A DNA stretch of 64,000 nucleotides from Oopsacas minuta (lineage: Eukaryota; Animalia; Porifera). This document shows, in pieces, positions 1-14,666 of the stretch (its first letter is position 1; every line of letters begins with the position of its first letter). Location: NCBI GenBank assembly GCA_024704765.1, contig JAKMXF010000199.1, positions 434,001 through 498,000 of the forward strand. The letters run 5' to 3'. Both the position numbers and the translations under genes were made by a program. Under the pieces are notes generated by a model. The model made no database searches. It was given only the letters and a program-made list of their open reading frames with translations, and was not told the DNA's origin.

Positions 1-19
1 ACATTTATAGCAATATTAA

Positions 20-430
20 TCAATAACAGTTGGGTTCCACGGAAAAAATTCTTGAATGGGAAAGGGTTTTTGAAGGGAAAAAGGTTGCGGTACACTGCAG
101 TGAACAATTCAAAAATGTTAGACAGGCACTTATAACTACTATACATTCAGTGTGGATCATATATACTATTAGTACAGTAGCCTAGCTACAATATTAATAT
201 TAGGAAAATGGATTGGAACATATTTGTGGTTAATACATATGCTACCTGATAATTCACTAACTTAGTTTTCTCAGTCTAATAGCTCGCTAATAAGAACAGA
301 AATAAATACAATCATGACGAATGGAATGTTTAATACAGATGAACCCACAAAATGGAAAGAGTACTCAATGATCAGGTTATGATGACAGAGCAAAAATGCA
401 AAATTTAAAATGCTTTATTTCATTTTCAAC
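20..430 (+). pseudogene. Highly degenerate CR1/L2-type LINE reverse transcriptase fragment
   Basis: Frameshifted reading G-F-H-G-K-I-L-E-W-E-R-V-F-E-G-K-K-V resembles the RT segment GIxGKLLxWIxSFLxGRxQRV; near 400 AKMQNLK/KCKI resembles NxxKCKxLH. Many stops. Confidence 0.35.
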
Positions 431-1149
431 CTAAATTTATGGATATTGCCAACGGTGCTATTGTAGTTCTATTTGAACAAAATTACAATGGTACCGTTAT
501 CAATATACTTAAATTCAACATAAACAAAAAATATTTTATGTTGATAATGACAAAGCATAAAATGAGGATTGGAGGTCGCAAACTCCCATCCCCTCAGTGA
601 GGGGCAAATATTATTTTCAATCCCTTCGATGAAAGAATTTACATTGAATATACCAATAAATATATCACTATCAAGTCTAAGTGAATTTGACAATATTTCG
701 GTGATTATTTCAATTTGGCTATATCATCTCATTTCTTCTGATATAATACAGAACAAGGATTCTAGAAATAGCAAAATACGCATAGATTTCTCACAGATCA
801 AAACATATATATATTTAAACTAACCACAAATCTATACGGGATAGTCAAAATATGATCGGAGTTCGCGATCCCGTTCCTTGCGAAATATTCATGAATTGCA
901 TCTAATCGAGCCACCTCTTTATCGGTTCGATAGAATAGATAGCTATCCCCAAAGTGTTACAGCAACCCAAAACAAACTGACATAGGTAAAACTACATAAA
1001 ATTTGTAAATTATTAACGCAAATGAACAAATAGATGTTGAAATACAATGTTCAGGACATATTAAACGACGCACTACTAACCACTATGATATCAGGAAAAA
1101 TATTTTTACAAATTTAGATTCTGACCCATACCTCCATATATAATAATGC

Positions 1150-1950
1150 GATGAATAAACTAGCTACTGATGGATAGGTAAACAACTCTGTCAAATTGTG
1201 ATAATTCTCAGGACTCTTTTCCAAAAGCTAATGACGAAGTGTGTCAGGAAATTATTAGGAGTTGGGAAATGCAACCTGCCAGGCTTCGTTAAATGATTCT
1301 AACAAACATTTTAAAGAATTCTTTTCTTAACGACAGATTCGACTCAACAGATTGTGGGAAACAATATTCAAACTGGTTTCGTGGTCTGTAAAATCCAAAT
1401 GGTCTGGGGACTGGTAGAATACACATACTACCATGATATCTGAAGAGGAATTGGAGCAAAAATATCTCAAAAAACAGAGCATTTTTCGTCCCAAGCTCCT
1501 TTGAATCCACCAGTAGTAAATGCAAATCCTACATTTCTTAGAATTGACCCTATTTCAGATATACATGTTTTACAAGGGTTAGATGATTAAGTTCTGCTTA
1601 CCTCAAACTGATTCAACGCTCAAAGATTTGGGAATTATAACTACGTTCATATCTAACTATTGATACTACAATTTTATCATTGGAATCCCAGGAATGGTTC
1701 AAAGATCTTGGAAACTCATCATTCTTGCAAAAGCGTGCTTTTATGTGTTTCAAGGTTCTTTTGTCTCAGCAAAAGTAGCATTATTGCACAATAATGAAAG
1801 AAAAACGTGAGAAAAAAATTACAACCGGGACTGACAGCTATATCTATTAAATTTTGTTTTAAAAGTGGCACTATTAATTGGAGGTACCATGAAAGGTCGG
1901 GTTTAATTTCATTACACATAGTGCATCCAATTAACAGTGGCACTTTCTAA
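1150..1950 (+). pseudogene. Degenerate CR1/L2-type LINE reverse transcriptase fragment
   Basis: Broken frames read NSFLNDRFDSTDCGKQYSNWF (cf. SFLxDRxQxVxxNGxxSxW), LPQTDSTLKDLGII (cf. KDLGV) and KKLQPGL (cf. TKLIPGL), in RT order. Confidence 0.55.
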
Positions 1951-3345
1951 ACAATATTATTCAATAGGCTAAGTTGTTAGCACAGGTTGTAATTATATCT
2001 TTTTCCTCGCTGCGCTCGCATATAAAATCTATCAACCAATGCATTTACAAATAAATATGACCATCCAGCTCAGAGAATGTTCAATTTATTTCCAGTAATT
2101 ATCAGTCGCCCAAATAATATTAATAGAAGGGAATACTGGAGGAGATTTCATAGGTACAAATTCATATTCGGAATCAGGGTATTGAATTACCACCTTTTGT
2201 TGTTTAGAACAATATTCTACGATTATTCAAAAGTTATACAATCGGACAAAGAGATATCTTTTAAATTATCTATGGCTAATATGAAAATAATGATTTCATA
2301 AATAGAATAAAAAATAATTATAGCCACCGTTAAATTTAGATATTCAATGAATCCATATTATATACAGCACTGAAAGTACCAATTGTTGAACTAATAAATA
2401 TTTTCATATAAGAACAATAGAAGTAATACAGATGACATAGTGCTATATAATGAACATTATTCATTTACTTTCAGAAAAACTATAACCATATACAAATTCT
2501 AGAAGAGTACAATGTGTATATTTTTCTCTTTCGAATGGTGTGAAAAATTTGGTACCATTCCATTCATAATTTAATGCTAGAGGCTAGACAAAAATTTGAC
2601 CACTGTGAAATAGTGGCACTTGGTGTCGGATTGATTAGTAAAGGGGAGAAGAACAGCCAAAGAATATATTCAATATTTCTCACACCACAAACCACCATAA
2701 TTCTATCCAGTTTTGGATACAGGGCTTTCACGTAGAAAATAAATATAGAAAGAAAAACTATGGCAACAATTTCAATACTGGCTCGCTATACCAAAGTAAG
2801 TCGGCACATAAAAAAATGAATAGGATATAATACAAGAAGCAGTAGCATAAATATCATTGCATAGCATTGACATTCTATTCAGGTAAAAAAATAGCTTAGC
2901 TATTAGGTATCCGGACACAGGAGAAATATATAAGGTGCAAAATTTATAAGTGGGATTTCTATAAATGGAGAATTGTGATCTAACTTCAATAATTTCGATA
3001 GAAAGGAGTCAATAAGCGGGGAATGAGGAATAAGGAAATAAATTTGAGATAATTAGCTTACCATCATTGAAAGTTAACTCTATGAGTGGGGAACTCCAAA
3101 GTGAAAATTCAATTTTTGAATAATCTACTCTTCTAAAAATTGGGAAAAAAGCAAGTTATTATTGCTACTATATGATGAATTTGAATTTCTGGATTTTCAA
3201 AAGAAAATTCGTTAGAAATTTGAATATTCAAAGAACAACGATAGGACACATTGCCTTAATCAGATATTTTTGAATTAACAGTTCTTGGAGGAAGTAGCTA
3301 TCCATATTTAGACAAAGACTCTTGGTAAAGGACTTACATTTGAAA

Positions 3346-3807
3346 CATGGTTGGCTAGTTTAACCCACCCCCAGTTAAAACCATGGTTTCAATTGGTTTA
3401 AACGCCATTTAGTGGGGTAAACCCTATATTATGGTCAAACAGATTATTTCATTATCACAAACCTCATTACATTGGGTAAACTACCTGAACTGTGTTTGAG
3501 ACTCTAATTCAGGATTACCAGACTAACATTTGATTAATCAAACTATAGAAGTTTGTTTCCCTTTCTGGAAACTCACTATTAATAATATTTTCAAAATATA
3601 TGTATTTGGAATGAAGGCTAAAATTCTTACTATAAAACGTCTGGTTTTAAGTTAATTTGTACGATTACAGATCTACATCTATGAAGATTTTTAATTTTAC
3701 TGTGTTTACAAATTAAACTGGGTTAAACTAGTAAAACCCGGTTTAAACCGGGTTTTATCCACCGGGCCGGGCTAAACCTATTTATCCCAGGTTAAACTCC
3801 AACCCTA
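3346..3807. mobile_element. Non-autonomous hAT-type MITE
   Basis: Perfect 8-bp TSD ATTTGAAA at 3338-3345 and 3808-3815; ends CATGGTTG...CAACCCTA; subterminal AAACC/GGTTT motif clusters at both ends. Confidence 0.8.
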
Positions 3808-4660
3808 ATTTGAAATCATAAACACAGAATGAGGGGTTATCAGGAGCTTCGTCTCGCTGACATCATCAACTTATAGAAGGTTCTATTGTAAAAAGGGAAA
3901 ACCGGGAATAAATTCATATTCGTTGAATTTATATAAAATGGGATAAAAGGTATGAAAATTTGTTTCAAGAAATTGGATAAATACAATAAAGTTTAACTAA
4001 ATTATATAAACAAGCGTATGAATACGAAAATACACAGTTATATACACCTCGGAACATAAAAAATATCATGCCAAAATGCATTCATTCACAACCGACAACA
4101 GGTAAAAAACGTAAGGTCAGAAAACATATATAATTAACAATATTGATAAGAAAATGGAAGACCAGGGACTGATCGTAGGCAAACAAGAGAAAATAAACGG
4201 TCTTATGTGGATAAGTGTGAAGATTGAACGAAATTCATTTATCGGAAACTGCTGGGAAATATAGTGTCAAATGGCTGAAAGTGGAATTACATGAACAATA
4301 GAATATGCTACTACATCTCTTGACGTCAGGATATTCACTCAAACTCATCATGGAGTGATAATTTATCAGAGGTGAAGAAAAATTGAAAATATTTTCATAT
4401 TACACGAGGTAAAGGGTGGTGGGATCAATAAACTATGCAGAAAGAAAGTGTAATAACAGGAAACCGTCATAAATTGTTGGATGCATTACGAAAAATAAAT
4501 TCAAAAATTTCAGGTAATGCTGCAAACGCAGGCACATAGTCCCAAGTATACCCTGTCGCGTAGCGCAAAATGGAAAATAAGCATACTGTCGACACAGAGA
4601 GCGAGCAAGTGAGGCACAAAAACATAAATATGTTACAATAAACGTAGATGTAAAACAAAC

Positions 4661-4868
4661 CAATAAAGTCAATCTGAGAATCTTTAGGAAGAAGTCTAAT
4701 CTCATCAATGATCTTGAAGTTGTATGTCACCAAAGGAATATCAATAGTTGAAGAAAAACATTCTTCCAATTCAGTTGAAGAGTTGATATACAATTCGAAA
4801 TCATGATTGGAATTCCCACAAAACTTTTTATTTGTAGGTTTCATATCTGCCTTACTTAGAAAATATAC
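4661..4868 (-). CDS. RPA1: RPA70 coding exon (end of OB-fold DBD-A, start of DBD-B)
   Basis: tttag|GTA acceptor and ATTG|gtttg donor; translates VYFLSKADMKPTNKKFCGNSNHDFELYINSSTELEEC...DIPLVTYNFKIIDEI...KDSQIDFIG, collinear with RPA70 VYYxSKGxLKxANKQF...DYEMT...VDIIG. In frame with the previous exon. Confidence 0.92.
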
Positions 4869-5063
4869 CTAAACATTAAAACTAAAATGAAATATATAAG
4901 CAAACTACAACCACCGCAAGTATATTTATAAAGAATTTACAACTACTATAATAAAGAGAAAGTGCTAAATGCAAATTTTTTGAATATTACTAAACTAAGA
5001 TAGAAAGTAACAATTGTTGAATACAACTTAATTAAGAAAGAAAGTAGTTACGGACTGTATATA

Positions 5064-5476
5064 CAGTGGATGCAGGTTTTAAGAACATCGTCGGGAACTG
5101 GACAGATTGATGTTCTATTCGGCATCTTCTAATTACCGATATGTAATAAATTGTGGATTCTGGTTATGAAAACACTTCGTGTAAACAGATTAGGATATAG
5201 AAACAATATTACGGAAACTCTTCTCATATCTATTGCATAATTTTGTACATTCTACAAACATCCGGTAAAAAGAACAGAGTGTTCTATAACATGCATGAAT
5301 TATACTGGGGTGTATCTCAACCATATTTCATCAAAATACTCTTATATCTGGAATGTTCATATAATGGGAACAGATTGTTCATATATCCGAGAAAATACAA
5401 TGGAGTAGGATGCAAAATATTAAGTAAATAAAGTCAAGTTTTTCATAACCGGTGTTAATATAATAGGCATTTACTG
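5064..5476. mobile_element. Possible Tigger/pogo-type MITE
   Basis: TA-flanked ends CAGTGGATGC... and ...GGCATTTACTG (reverse complement CAGTAAATGCC); only partial TIR match. Confidence 0.4.
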
Positions 5477-6043
5477 TACTACAAGACATGTTTTGCATCT
5501 GTGAAGAAGCAGTTGGAAATAGATAAATAGTATTACAGAAAGTAATACACAGTACAAAAAGTAATGTAAACTACATATCCATTACAGGCGCTAGTCGCTT
5601 GTATATTGACTACTAATGTGTTCGTTAGTAACTAGTAAGTGTTGCGATCGCATGCAGCGATTGACTAAACTCTATACTACACATCTATAACACAAAAATC
5701 CACCAAATACGTGACTCTTCGCAACAAAGATGTGCAATTGGGAAGAATAGAAGTAATTTTGAAATTTTTACTCCAAAAATCAAATCATTTCTGGTTGGTT
5801 AGGTCTGGCAAAAGTATTCGGCATTTACACATCTAAAGTTGTTAATCTGATTTAGGGTTCTGGAATAAAACAAGTATTCGATTTCTATGATACGAATTTT
5901 GGATTAAACTTAAATATGAAGACAAAGGAAAGACAAATTGATAGAAATGAATCACATGTAGAGTTGAATCTTAATTTTGCCGACTAATGCTAATACATTG
6001 TATAATGGTTCAGTTCGAAAATGGTTGAATTAGTATATACGTA

Positions 6044-7333
6044 CAGGGTGTTTAATAAGTCGTGGAAATTAGTATATAGACGTTTTGTATAGCAATGGCG
6101 AGAGTTTAATTTCAACATAATCCTCTTGTAATAGAATACATTTAAGCTACTTATCTTTCAGCTTTTCTATACCATGATGAAAACATTTTGTCTTTGGTGT
6201 CCAACCATTCTTCAAAGCCCGATTCTAGGGCATCGTTATAGTTAAAAATCTTTGCACGAAGTGCTTGCTTGGCAATTGGAAATAGATAATAATCGCTGGG
6301 AGCTAAATCAGGACTGCATGGTGGGTGTTGAACCTGTTTAAAGCCACAATCTTTTATTGCCTCCTGTGCAATATGACTTTTATGGGATGGGGTATTATCA
6401 TGTAAAATGAGTAGGATACTTTTTAGCATTCCTCGTCTATTCCTCTTTAAAGATTCGCGTAACCTCGTCATTAGATTGGCATAATATGCTCCAGTCACCG
6501 TCGAATCTTTGGAAGATAATCTAATAGTAATGGTCCCTTAGAATCCCAGAATATTGATAGCATCAGCTTTGACTTAGACTTTGGGCAGTGATCAAGTCGG
6601 GTACTTTGGGTTTGGAGAATCTTCATGCCTCCATTCTGCAGCCACGCTAACAGTGCAAGGGTCATGGTAGTATATCCAGGTTTCATCTTCTGTAATCAGT
6701 CTCGCATGAAATCGTCTGGGTCAGACATATACAAATCAACTATGATTTTACTAGTTTCCGGTCTAGCCATCATTTGATCTTCAGATAAGGTTTTTGGTAT
6801 CCACTTTGCTTTGCATTTCTTGAGGCCAAGATGGTCATGAATGATCGAATGAATAGTTCCAATTGTTAAATCTACCCTATTAGCTATATTTCTGATCGAT
6901 ATACAGTGATCGTTCTCTGTCACACCAGCAATAGATTGGATTGTTTCTGGATGGAGAGAAAATGTAGGTCTTCCTGAGCGAGGGTCATCTGTAATACTTC
7001 CTCTTCCATGTTTGAATTCTGCATGCCATTTTGCAACCATAGATTGACTAGGGGCATTGTCTAGGAGGACATGTTTCATCTCTTTGAACGTTTCAGTAGC
7101 ACTTAGTCCTTTTATACAGAGAAATTTAATGACTGCTCGATGCTCTAAGTTCTCAAAATTCATTATTTTTCAAACAACTGGCGGAAAAATCTGATTATTG
7201 CTCTGAATACAACTGCTTGTATCACAAAGTTTAAGTAACCAATAAATATATGATTGAAAAATGGATAGCTAAATCTAACATTTAGTACTCCTTACTCTAA
7301 ATATAATTTTCCACTAACTTATTGAACACCCTG
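6044..7333 (-). mobile_element. mariner (DD34D) element with frameshifted transposase
   Basis: TA-flanked TIRs CAGGGTGTT(T/C)AATAAGT; ORF pieces 7163-6696, 6686-6495 and 6498-6151 give the HTH region, PRSGRP, WIPKTL, LHDN...HPPCSPDLAPSDYYLF; 34 residues between the 2nd and 3rd catalytic D. Confidence 0.95.
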
Positions 7334-10329
7334 TATATTTGTTTTCGCTCTGCTGTTCACAGCTTTAGAGATTTAGACACCAAATCTGACATGTGACTCG
7401 TAGTTATGCATCAGAATTTGAAAAAATTCAAATTGTATTTTCATAACTTTGAACCGTACTGGTAATATTCGCACAATCAGATTGTAGGGTTTTACAATTA
7501 GACATAAATTCATAAATTTGTCATTGTAAAGTGTATGTAATATAATTACCACTGTAATGTATTTGTATTGATTTTGATTGAAAATTTATATTTCAATAAA
7601 TTCAATTATACACAAATCCACTGATTTATCAATTGAATAAACATATTTTCACATACATTTGTCAATATTACAAATTTATCCAAGAAACTAGCTTCCGTTT
7701 GTTAAATGAGTTAAACCGGAAAGCAGAATTCGATTGTAACATTGGTAAATGCCTAACAAGATTAGTAAAATTCAAATTTATCTCCCTTTGCAAATTGGAT
7801 ACTTAGTAGAATAATAGAGTATCATTAATCCACTAAAATAAAATTTGGTAATTGTAATTCCGCAGAGAATGTGATTTGAGATTTAGAATATACTGATGAG
7901 CTAATATTCCATGAGGAGTTTGCATTTGTCAAATCATGAAGTCAAGAGATCAGACCCATTGAGAGGTACTTGTAATAAAATTTCAAACATTTATCATGTA
8001 TATTGGCTGAGCAGTTGCAAATAATGTGAGTTTTTGAAAAGTACAAAATGTGACAATTTCCTCACAATTTCGCCACTGGTGTAAAAATTCGTCCAAAACT
8101 CGAACTTGTCCGAGCCAGGCTCAAAATCAGCACTTAAGGTATTCCAGTTTCTTCAATCAATTCTGGACATACGAACATCCTTTATCAAAATTATTCATGC
8201 AGTCTAAAAAGACCATTGAAAATTGTACTAAACTAAGTTAATTGTTGGATCTAAGAAATCTATAAACTGTATATGTGATAATGCAATTTTGATTAGAAAT
8301 TCCGGTCCAACACATTAGAAATTCCATCGCAGAACACATAACCTCTAATTCCTACCTATTAGGTTGATAATTATCAATCATTGCTACCTTGCGCCACCGT
8401 TCCTATCATATATCATGGTGGAATTGAAACAAGTGGTATATATGGAGATGCAAGGATAATTTCGAACAAATAAATATCTAATTGAGTTGAAAGCGCCTCC
8501 ACTAGCAAATTTGGCTGCAGCAGAAAAGGATTCTTAAATAAAATTCTCATACAATGTGAATACATTATTACAAATTATTTTCATTGATAATTCTATATTC
8601 TATGGGATTATTTAATATACCCTTACTTAGGTAGGGAATGTATATATATATATGGATTGATTACAGTATATAATATAGACTGTCAGTGAATAGTACAATT
8701 ATCATTGAGTAAAGTGGTCTCATATTAGTTATTGATTCAGTCAGTTTTCAAAACCAAACAAACCATCTATAATAGTGAATTCATTGGTATGAGGGTGAAG
8801 ATTTGTTCAGACCGATTAAGACATCATTCCCGTTTAACTCTAGTATTTAAAAACCTAAAAATAATTTCAAATTACTAGATTTCCAATGCAATACGGATTT
8901 TGGAAGCATTGTGAACGTCTAGAATATTCTTCCATAAATTTATGAACAAAGAGCTTGATTTGTAGAGCATGTAAATTTATATTCAAAAGCTCATTCACAC
9001 AATATAATACCACTTCACCATTTTGAAGAGTATCAAACGAACAGAAAATGCTTGTACCCATAGCCTACAAAGATAAGGCCTGATCACTACTTTTAGCCAC
9101 CAGAGATGAAAGAAAGTGGATATATTTTGATGAGAATTCTTTAATCGCCAAAATGTGAAATTTTCAGAGCGAAATGAGGTCATCTGTTGGCGTAATTGGT
9201 AGTATGTATGTGAACACCCGATCTTTGAAACCACGTAGAACGCTAAAATATTCATTTATGTTCAAAATGTTGAAATAACAATTGATCAAAAACAGTTTCT
9301 TTAAAAATGTACAAGATTTGTTATAATTAAGGTGGTATTTCTCTGAGTTATCAAACATCCCATGGATACTACGCATTGGATAAATATCTTCTAACAACTC
9401 AATAATCGAGGAAATTACAGTCAAATTCACCATTTTATAGTACACCCCAACTTCTCGTCCCTAGTGATATATTCTGATATGGTATCCCTAAAGATTAATA
9501 AACAATCTCAAAAATGACCATATATGGGCATATTTATGATTACGTCATATACAGTAAGAGTCATCATATCAAAATGTAGTACAAGGATGAGAAGTCAAGC
9601 ATATACCATATATTGGCTATGCTAAATTGACCATAATTGTAACAATTATAGAGTAAATAAGAATAGATTAGCAAAACATATGACATCCAAGGGCCGATTG
9701 ATTACCCAAAAAAATACAACTTTACAGTGACAAAATTGTAAATTTTGCACAGAAAAGGTATTGGACCATTTGGAATATGAATACTTGAACATAGTTGATT
9801 ATTTAACGTTTTATATGGTTTCAAACATGGAAAATTATTAATACTTGGTGGAAAATATTTAGTTCGGAAGATTTTAATGATTAAGAGGCACATGCTTTAT
9901 GAGGCAAACCAGTTACATTTTTTAGAATTCCTATGGTATGCATTTGTGAGACAGATGCATGTATTTGTCAGAAAGAGGTTGCATTCGTTCACATGCATCA
10001 ATCACATATAGAACAATAATCATTAGGTAGTCACACATTCGGGTAACATCCAAGTCCAATGCTGACACAAATCAGACGCAAAATGATCATCACTAGAAAA
10101 CTTTGACCTGTTCGGATTAGCGAGGGCCTATTGTATACATAACTGTAGTATTAGAATAGCTATTTGCATAGTGGCTTAACACATTAATATCCTCGAGTAA
10201 CTAGATAGCTAAACAGCCCAATAAGAACGTCTCATTTTATGGTGTCAAGTATCTTCATTAGAATTTCGATATACTGCTGAAAGATACAATTATACTATGA
10301 CATTATATGCCATGGGAACTTGAATGTGT

Positions 10330-10720
10330 TAATCGCTGCTCTGACATCCAGCTTATTATTTGCGTAAAAACAGTATACTGTTTCAACTAAAAGGTGGAAA
10401 ATTTCAACAACTTTTAGTGACAGCAAATCAGCTAAGGGAAAGTTAAGCATGGCAGGTATATCAACATCAATTTTCATCAGAAGCATGTCTGATAACATCG
10501 TGCTACAGTATAATTGAACAACCAGGTAAGGTAGGCAGTTCAGGCGAGCTAATGAAACGAAGAAATAAATATACCGCATGAAAACGATCAAATGAAATGA
10601 CTTAGTCACTTGCTCGCCCGGCCACTTTGACGCCTGGTAAAAATGGCGAAATAGGTGGACTTTCAAGTGGTTTCTTGACAGAAGGCAGGAATTAACGATT
10701 AACGTTAAAAGGAAGAATAC
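10330..10720 (+). pseudogene. Possible degenerate LINE RT fragment
   Basis: KWRNRWTFKWFLDRRQELTIN resembles WxxSFLxDRxQxVxIN; upstream QFRRANET resembles QxGFRxxRST. Confidence 0.35.
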
Positions 10721-10794
10721 AATAACAAAAAGAATCTAGGGATGTGCAAAACGGGCAGGAAAAATATTGTAAAATATCTATAGAATACAAGTAC

Positions 10795-11157
10795 CTTATT
10801 TAATACAATCCTTCTGTCATACTCAGTGGCAAATTCGTTAAAAGCAGTAACTCTGATAATTGCAGAAGAGTCAGTGAGTTCAAAAGAAAATACCTTTCCT
10901 TCACCTTTTGAATTCGACCATTTTCTAATAGGTGGCTTTGCTGTAACTCTGGCACAAATGGTCCAATTGCTGTTATAAGGATTAAGGATAGTAATAAGAC
11001 TAACTCGACCTTGATTGGATGACAAGTTTGCGGTAAAATCAGATGAATCTGAACAATCAGGAAATACATCAGCTTTTGAGCAACTTGGTTCAGAAGATCT
11101 AACTGATTCATGAATTGAAGATTGCATAGGCTTGGATAATATAGAGTCAGAATGAGC
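10795..11157 (-). CDS. RPA1: RPA70 coding exon (linker and DBD-A)
   Basis: cctgtag|GCT acceptor and AAG|gtact donor; 121 codons, phase 0 at both ends; ILNPYNSNWTICARVTAKPPIRKWSNSKGEGKVFSFELTDSSAIIRVTAFNE is the diagnostic RPA70 DBD-A motif. Confidence 0.95.
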
Positions 11158-13307
11158 CTACAGGAAGAAGATAGAGAATTAATCAATGGATACTTAAATA
11201 ATTCAAAATAAGTATAAAATATAAGGCTGAATGCAAGGAACAGACTTTATATGAATACGAAGTTACTCGGAGATAGGAATTGGGTTTTACCTCAAGCCTT
11301 TGTTAAAATCTGTTTAATGTGTATATACAACAAATACGGAAATCATCCATAGGATATTTAGGAAGCAGCAATGTTATATTGTGCACAATGGCAATACATT
11401 AGTCAAATTGTGGATAGGCTAAAATTTAACTTTTAACTGAGACTTGGGTGAAGTCATGGATAAACAATGAAGTTGCCCTCTACAAGATCTTTTAAAATGC
11501 TAAATGGTATCAACCACCCACGACTGTCCAGTGGTGTTGGGTTAGAAGTTCTTCTGCTTAATGAGTTTACTTTAGCAATAAACAAAGGACAATAATGTGC
11601 ATGCTTTGAGTAGATAGAACTTTCTAGATTCATTAAACTCAGTTTTCCCCAATATTATTATATCTTCTCATCTAAAAAGAATATTCCTCTATCCAGTTCA
11701 TATGTGGCTACCGCGCTTAGCTTCCTAGGTCGCTGAAGGAATGGTGGTGGTATCTTGAAGCTTCGTGCTTTGATTTAGCATAAGTTTGAAACAGCTGCAT
11801 TTGGGTCGCTACGGAAGTGATATACTCAGCACTACTTGCTTCGAGGTAAATCTTTGAGGAGATTATTATTTTATATTCTCAATGACCCATCAAAATTCCA
11901 TTTAATGGCCACTGAAAAATTTTGGAACTGCTACCTGGCTTAAAGAAAGTAATCTGGGCAATTCTTGCATCGAGTAATATGAATTTCTCAATAATATTGA
12001 AATTCGTGTCATTGTGACTATTTTATAAAGTCATTATGACGTACCACAAACTAGTCCGAGCCAGTCCCAAAATAGCGCTCATACCCTACGAAACGATAGA
12101 ATGTCACTGTCTAGAATTTCCTGGGCCATGAATTACTTTGAGTCCATACAATGTGACTTGCAAATATATTTTTCTTGATGATATAAAATTGGTGCATTTT
12201 GGCAGGAATACATATATTAATGATAGTCGCTAAAATTAAATATCCACAGCCAATAATAACCACATACCCAACTTCCCATGTACTTGTAATCATTTCTATA
12301 CGATATCTTCAAACATTACTGCAAAATGTTGATAATCACCAAACATGGGCATATTCACGATTGTGCTGTTTAGAGAAATCGTATAAAAGGTAGCGAATGG
12401 GGACAGGAAGTTCGGTATTTACTGCATATTGGCTGGACTGATTTGATTATAACTTTGGCGACTATAGATTATATGGTGATTAGACCAAATATGTGGCATC
12501 CATGGTACCCAATATAAATCATTAACGTAACAACTTTGTCATTACAAATTTCCAAATTTTGTACAAAAACATCTATAAATATTTATTGATAATTTTGGAA
12601 TAGATGTCGCAGAAGTGTTCGATTAATACAGCTTGAAATCAGCACATATTTAAAATATTTCAATTTGTAAATTAGATGAAGTCATTTAGGCAGAGAAAAG
12701 TTTGATGATATAGATATAATCAATTATTTACTATCAATAATACGTATATTCATGGCAAAATGTACCAATTATGTATCATCGAGAATTAGAATTGCCTTTC
12801 AAATATCGAATATTCGAAGAAATTCCTCGTTAAATGACATAAATAGGCTAAGTTTCAGAGGCAGAATCAAGGCGTGGTTGAAACTTTACCAATATTACCA
12901 GTTAGCCGGTTAACCGCTGCAATTGTTCAATAATACACTCAATGATGTTTTGAGGGTAAATTCGAAAATTTCAATATATTGTTATGGAAATATGCAATTT
13001 TCATGCGATTTCATCTTACAAAAACCATTGAAATATGGAAAAGCTCTCTAATATGTACATCTTAAAGGTATCTGACTAGCAGTATTCGTGTATAAATATT
13101 TCGCACCTTAAAAAACCTTAGAAACAATCAAATTGTCGGAAATGAGACTGTTAGGTTACCAAATATATTTTATGATAGAAGTTAACCGAATATAGCAGCA
13201 GTTAATAGGTTACCCGGCTAACCGAATCCAGCACTGGGCTGTGAATACCCCTGTATGTTCAAAGTCAGCCATGGGTCTTCCAGTTCTATCATATATATAC
13301 ACACATA

Positions 13308-14650
13308 CAGGGTGTAACAAATGTATTGTCGTTATTTACTCATAATGTTGCTTGACATTACATAGTATTATACAACCTTAATCATTGATTCCTTTACTCA
13401 AGAGTATTGATACATATTATTGTCAAAGTGTATAGCAGCCAATTTTTATTGTATTCAACTTTTCGATTTTTCTTGGTATTTTCAAAAATTCTCAATTCTA
13501 TAAGAGATGAATTTCCAAGATTATGGATCTTCCTTAAGATCTCAGGCAAAAGGGGTGCTAAAAGCTGGAGAAAGAACTAAAACGGTTGCTCAAAGACTCA
13601 ACGTCAATATTCGATCTGTTCAAAGGTGGGAACGCAGCGATAATCTTGGATTTTTGATGGAATAAAAGTCCAAGTCTGGATGTCCACCGAAAATTAACCG
13701 AGTTGCCAAAATTGTGTTAAAGAAATCTTTAGGAAAGAGAAGGCAATCACCGCGTAAGCTCGCTTTGAGGTTAACGAGGGGTGGTTGTAATGTTTCCCAC
13801 ATGTCTGTCCATCGGTATTTACGTAAGTCTTTGGGAGTGAAACCTTATAAAAGACCGAGAAAGCCTCGTTTGACCATCAAAATGAAGGAAAATCGGGTGA
13901 AATTTGCGGTAACTCATAAGGATTGGGCAGTTGGTGATTGGAATAGTGTTTTATGGTCTGATGAATCTCCCTTTCAATTATTTCAAATACCAAACAGACA
14001 GAATGACCGTGTTTGGAGCAAGGAAGCGGCTTCAATGCAACCTTGTATGAAGGTAAAATTTCCAGCCAAAATACAGGTGTGGGGCATGATGTCCCACCAA
14101 GCCCTATCTGAGCTGCATATTATACCTCAAGGAGAAACTGTAAATGGAGATTACTACGGTATAAAGATTTTAGCTGGAACATGCAAAGATGCCATTCACA
14201 GGAGAGCCAAAAATGGGTCAGTTTTAGAGCGGTCTATGACCTCAGCGATGTCTGGGATTATTTTTATGCAAGACGGGGCACCTGCTCACACGGCTAAACT
14301 GACACAGGAATGGTGTGAACATAATCTTCCTGCGTTTTGGCATAAAGCTGAGTGGCCCGAAACTCGCCCGACCTCAATCCAATCGAGAATTTGTGGGCTA
14401 TCATGAAAGATAGGGTAGATGAGCTGGAGCAAGCAACTACCGTTAACGGACTAATAAAAAATTTGAAAAAGGCATGGAGTAACATATCAGGTGATGTTTT
14501 GCAAAACATTGTATCTAGTATGCCTAGGCGAGTTACACAAGTTTTAGAAAGGCAAGGAGACTATATAGAGAAATAAAATGGTAATATTTGCGCTATTTTG
14601 AGATTAGTCATGTTCAGTTTAGAAAACGACAATACATTCGTTACACCCTG
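13308..14650 (+). mobile_element. Tc1-like DD37E element, transposase inactivated
   Basis: TA TSD; 26-bp TIRs CAGGGTGTAAC(A/G)AATGTATTGTCGTT; WSDESPF, QDGAPAH...NSPDLNPIE with 37 residues D-to-E; in-frame stop near 13662 and frameshift near 14355. Confidence 0.95.
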
Positions 14651-14666
14651 TACATAAATATACATA

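Noticed and set aside
469-693. ORF containing SLRGWEF, reminiscent of RPA70 DBD-B KLRGWF
   Set aside because: No acceptor site giving a phase-1 open frame, and the upstream DBD-B motifs are absent; probably a chance match.
8867-9445. Overlapping minus-strand ORFs in RPA1 intron 2 as extra exons
   Set aside because: The flanking RPA1 exons already join in frame with continuous DBD-A sequence, and these ORFs show no recognisable motifs.
11640-11920. Possible hAT dimerisation remnant on the minus strand (VVLSI...KLMLN)
   Set aside because: Too degenerate to separate from chance.
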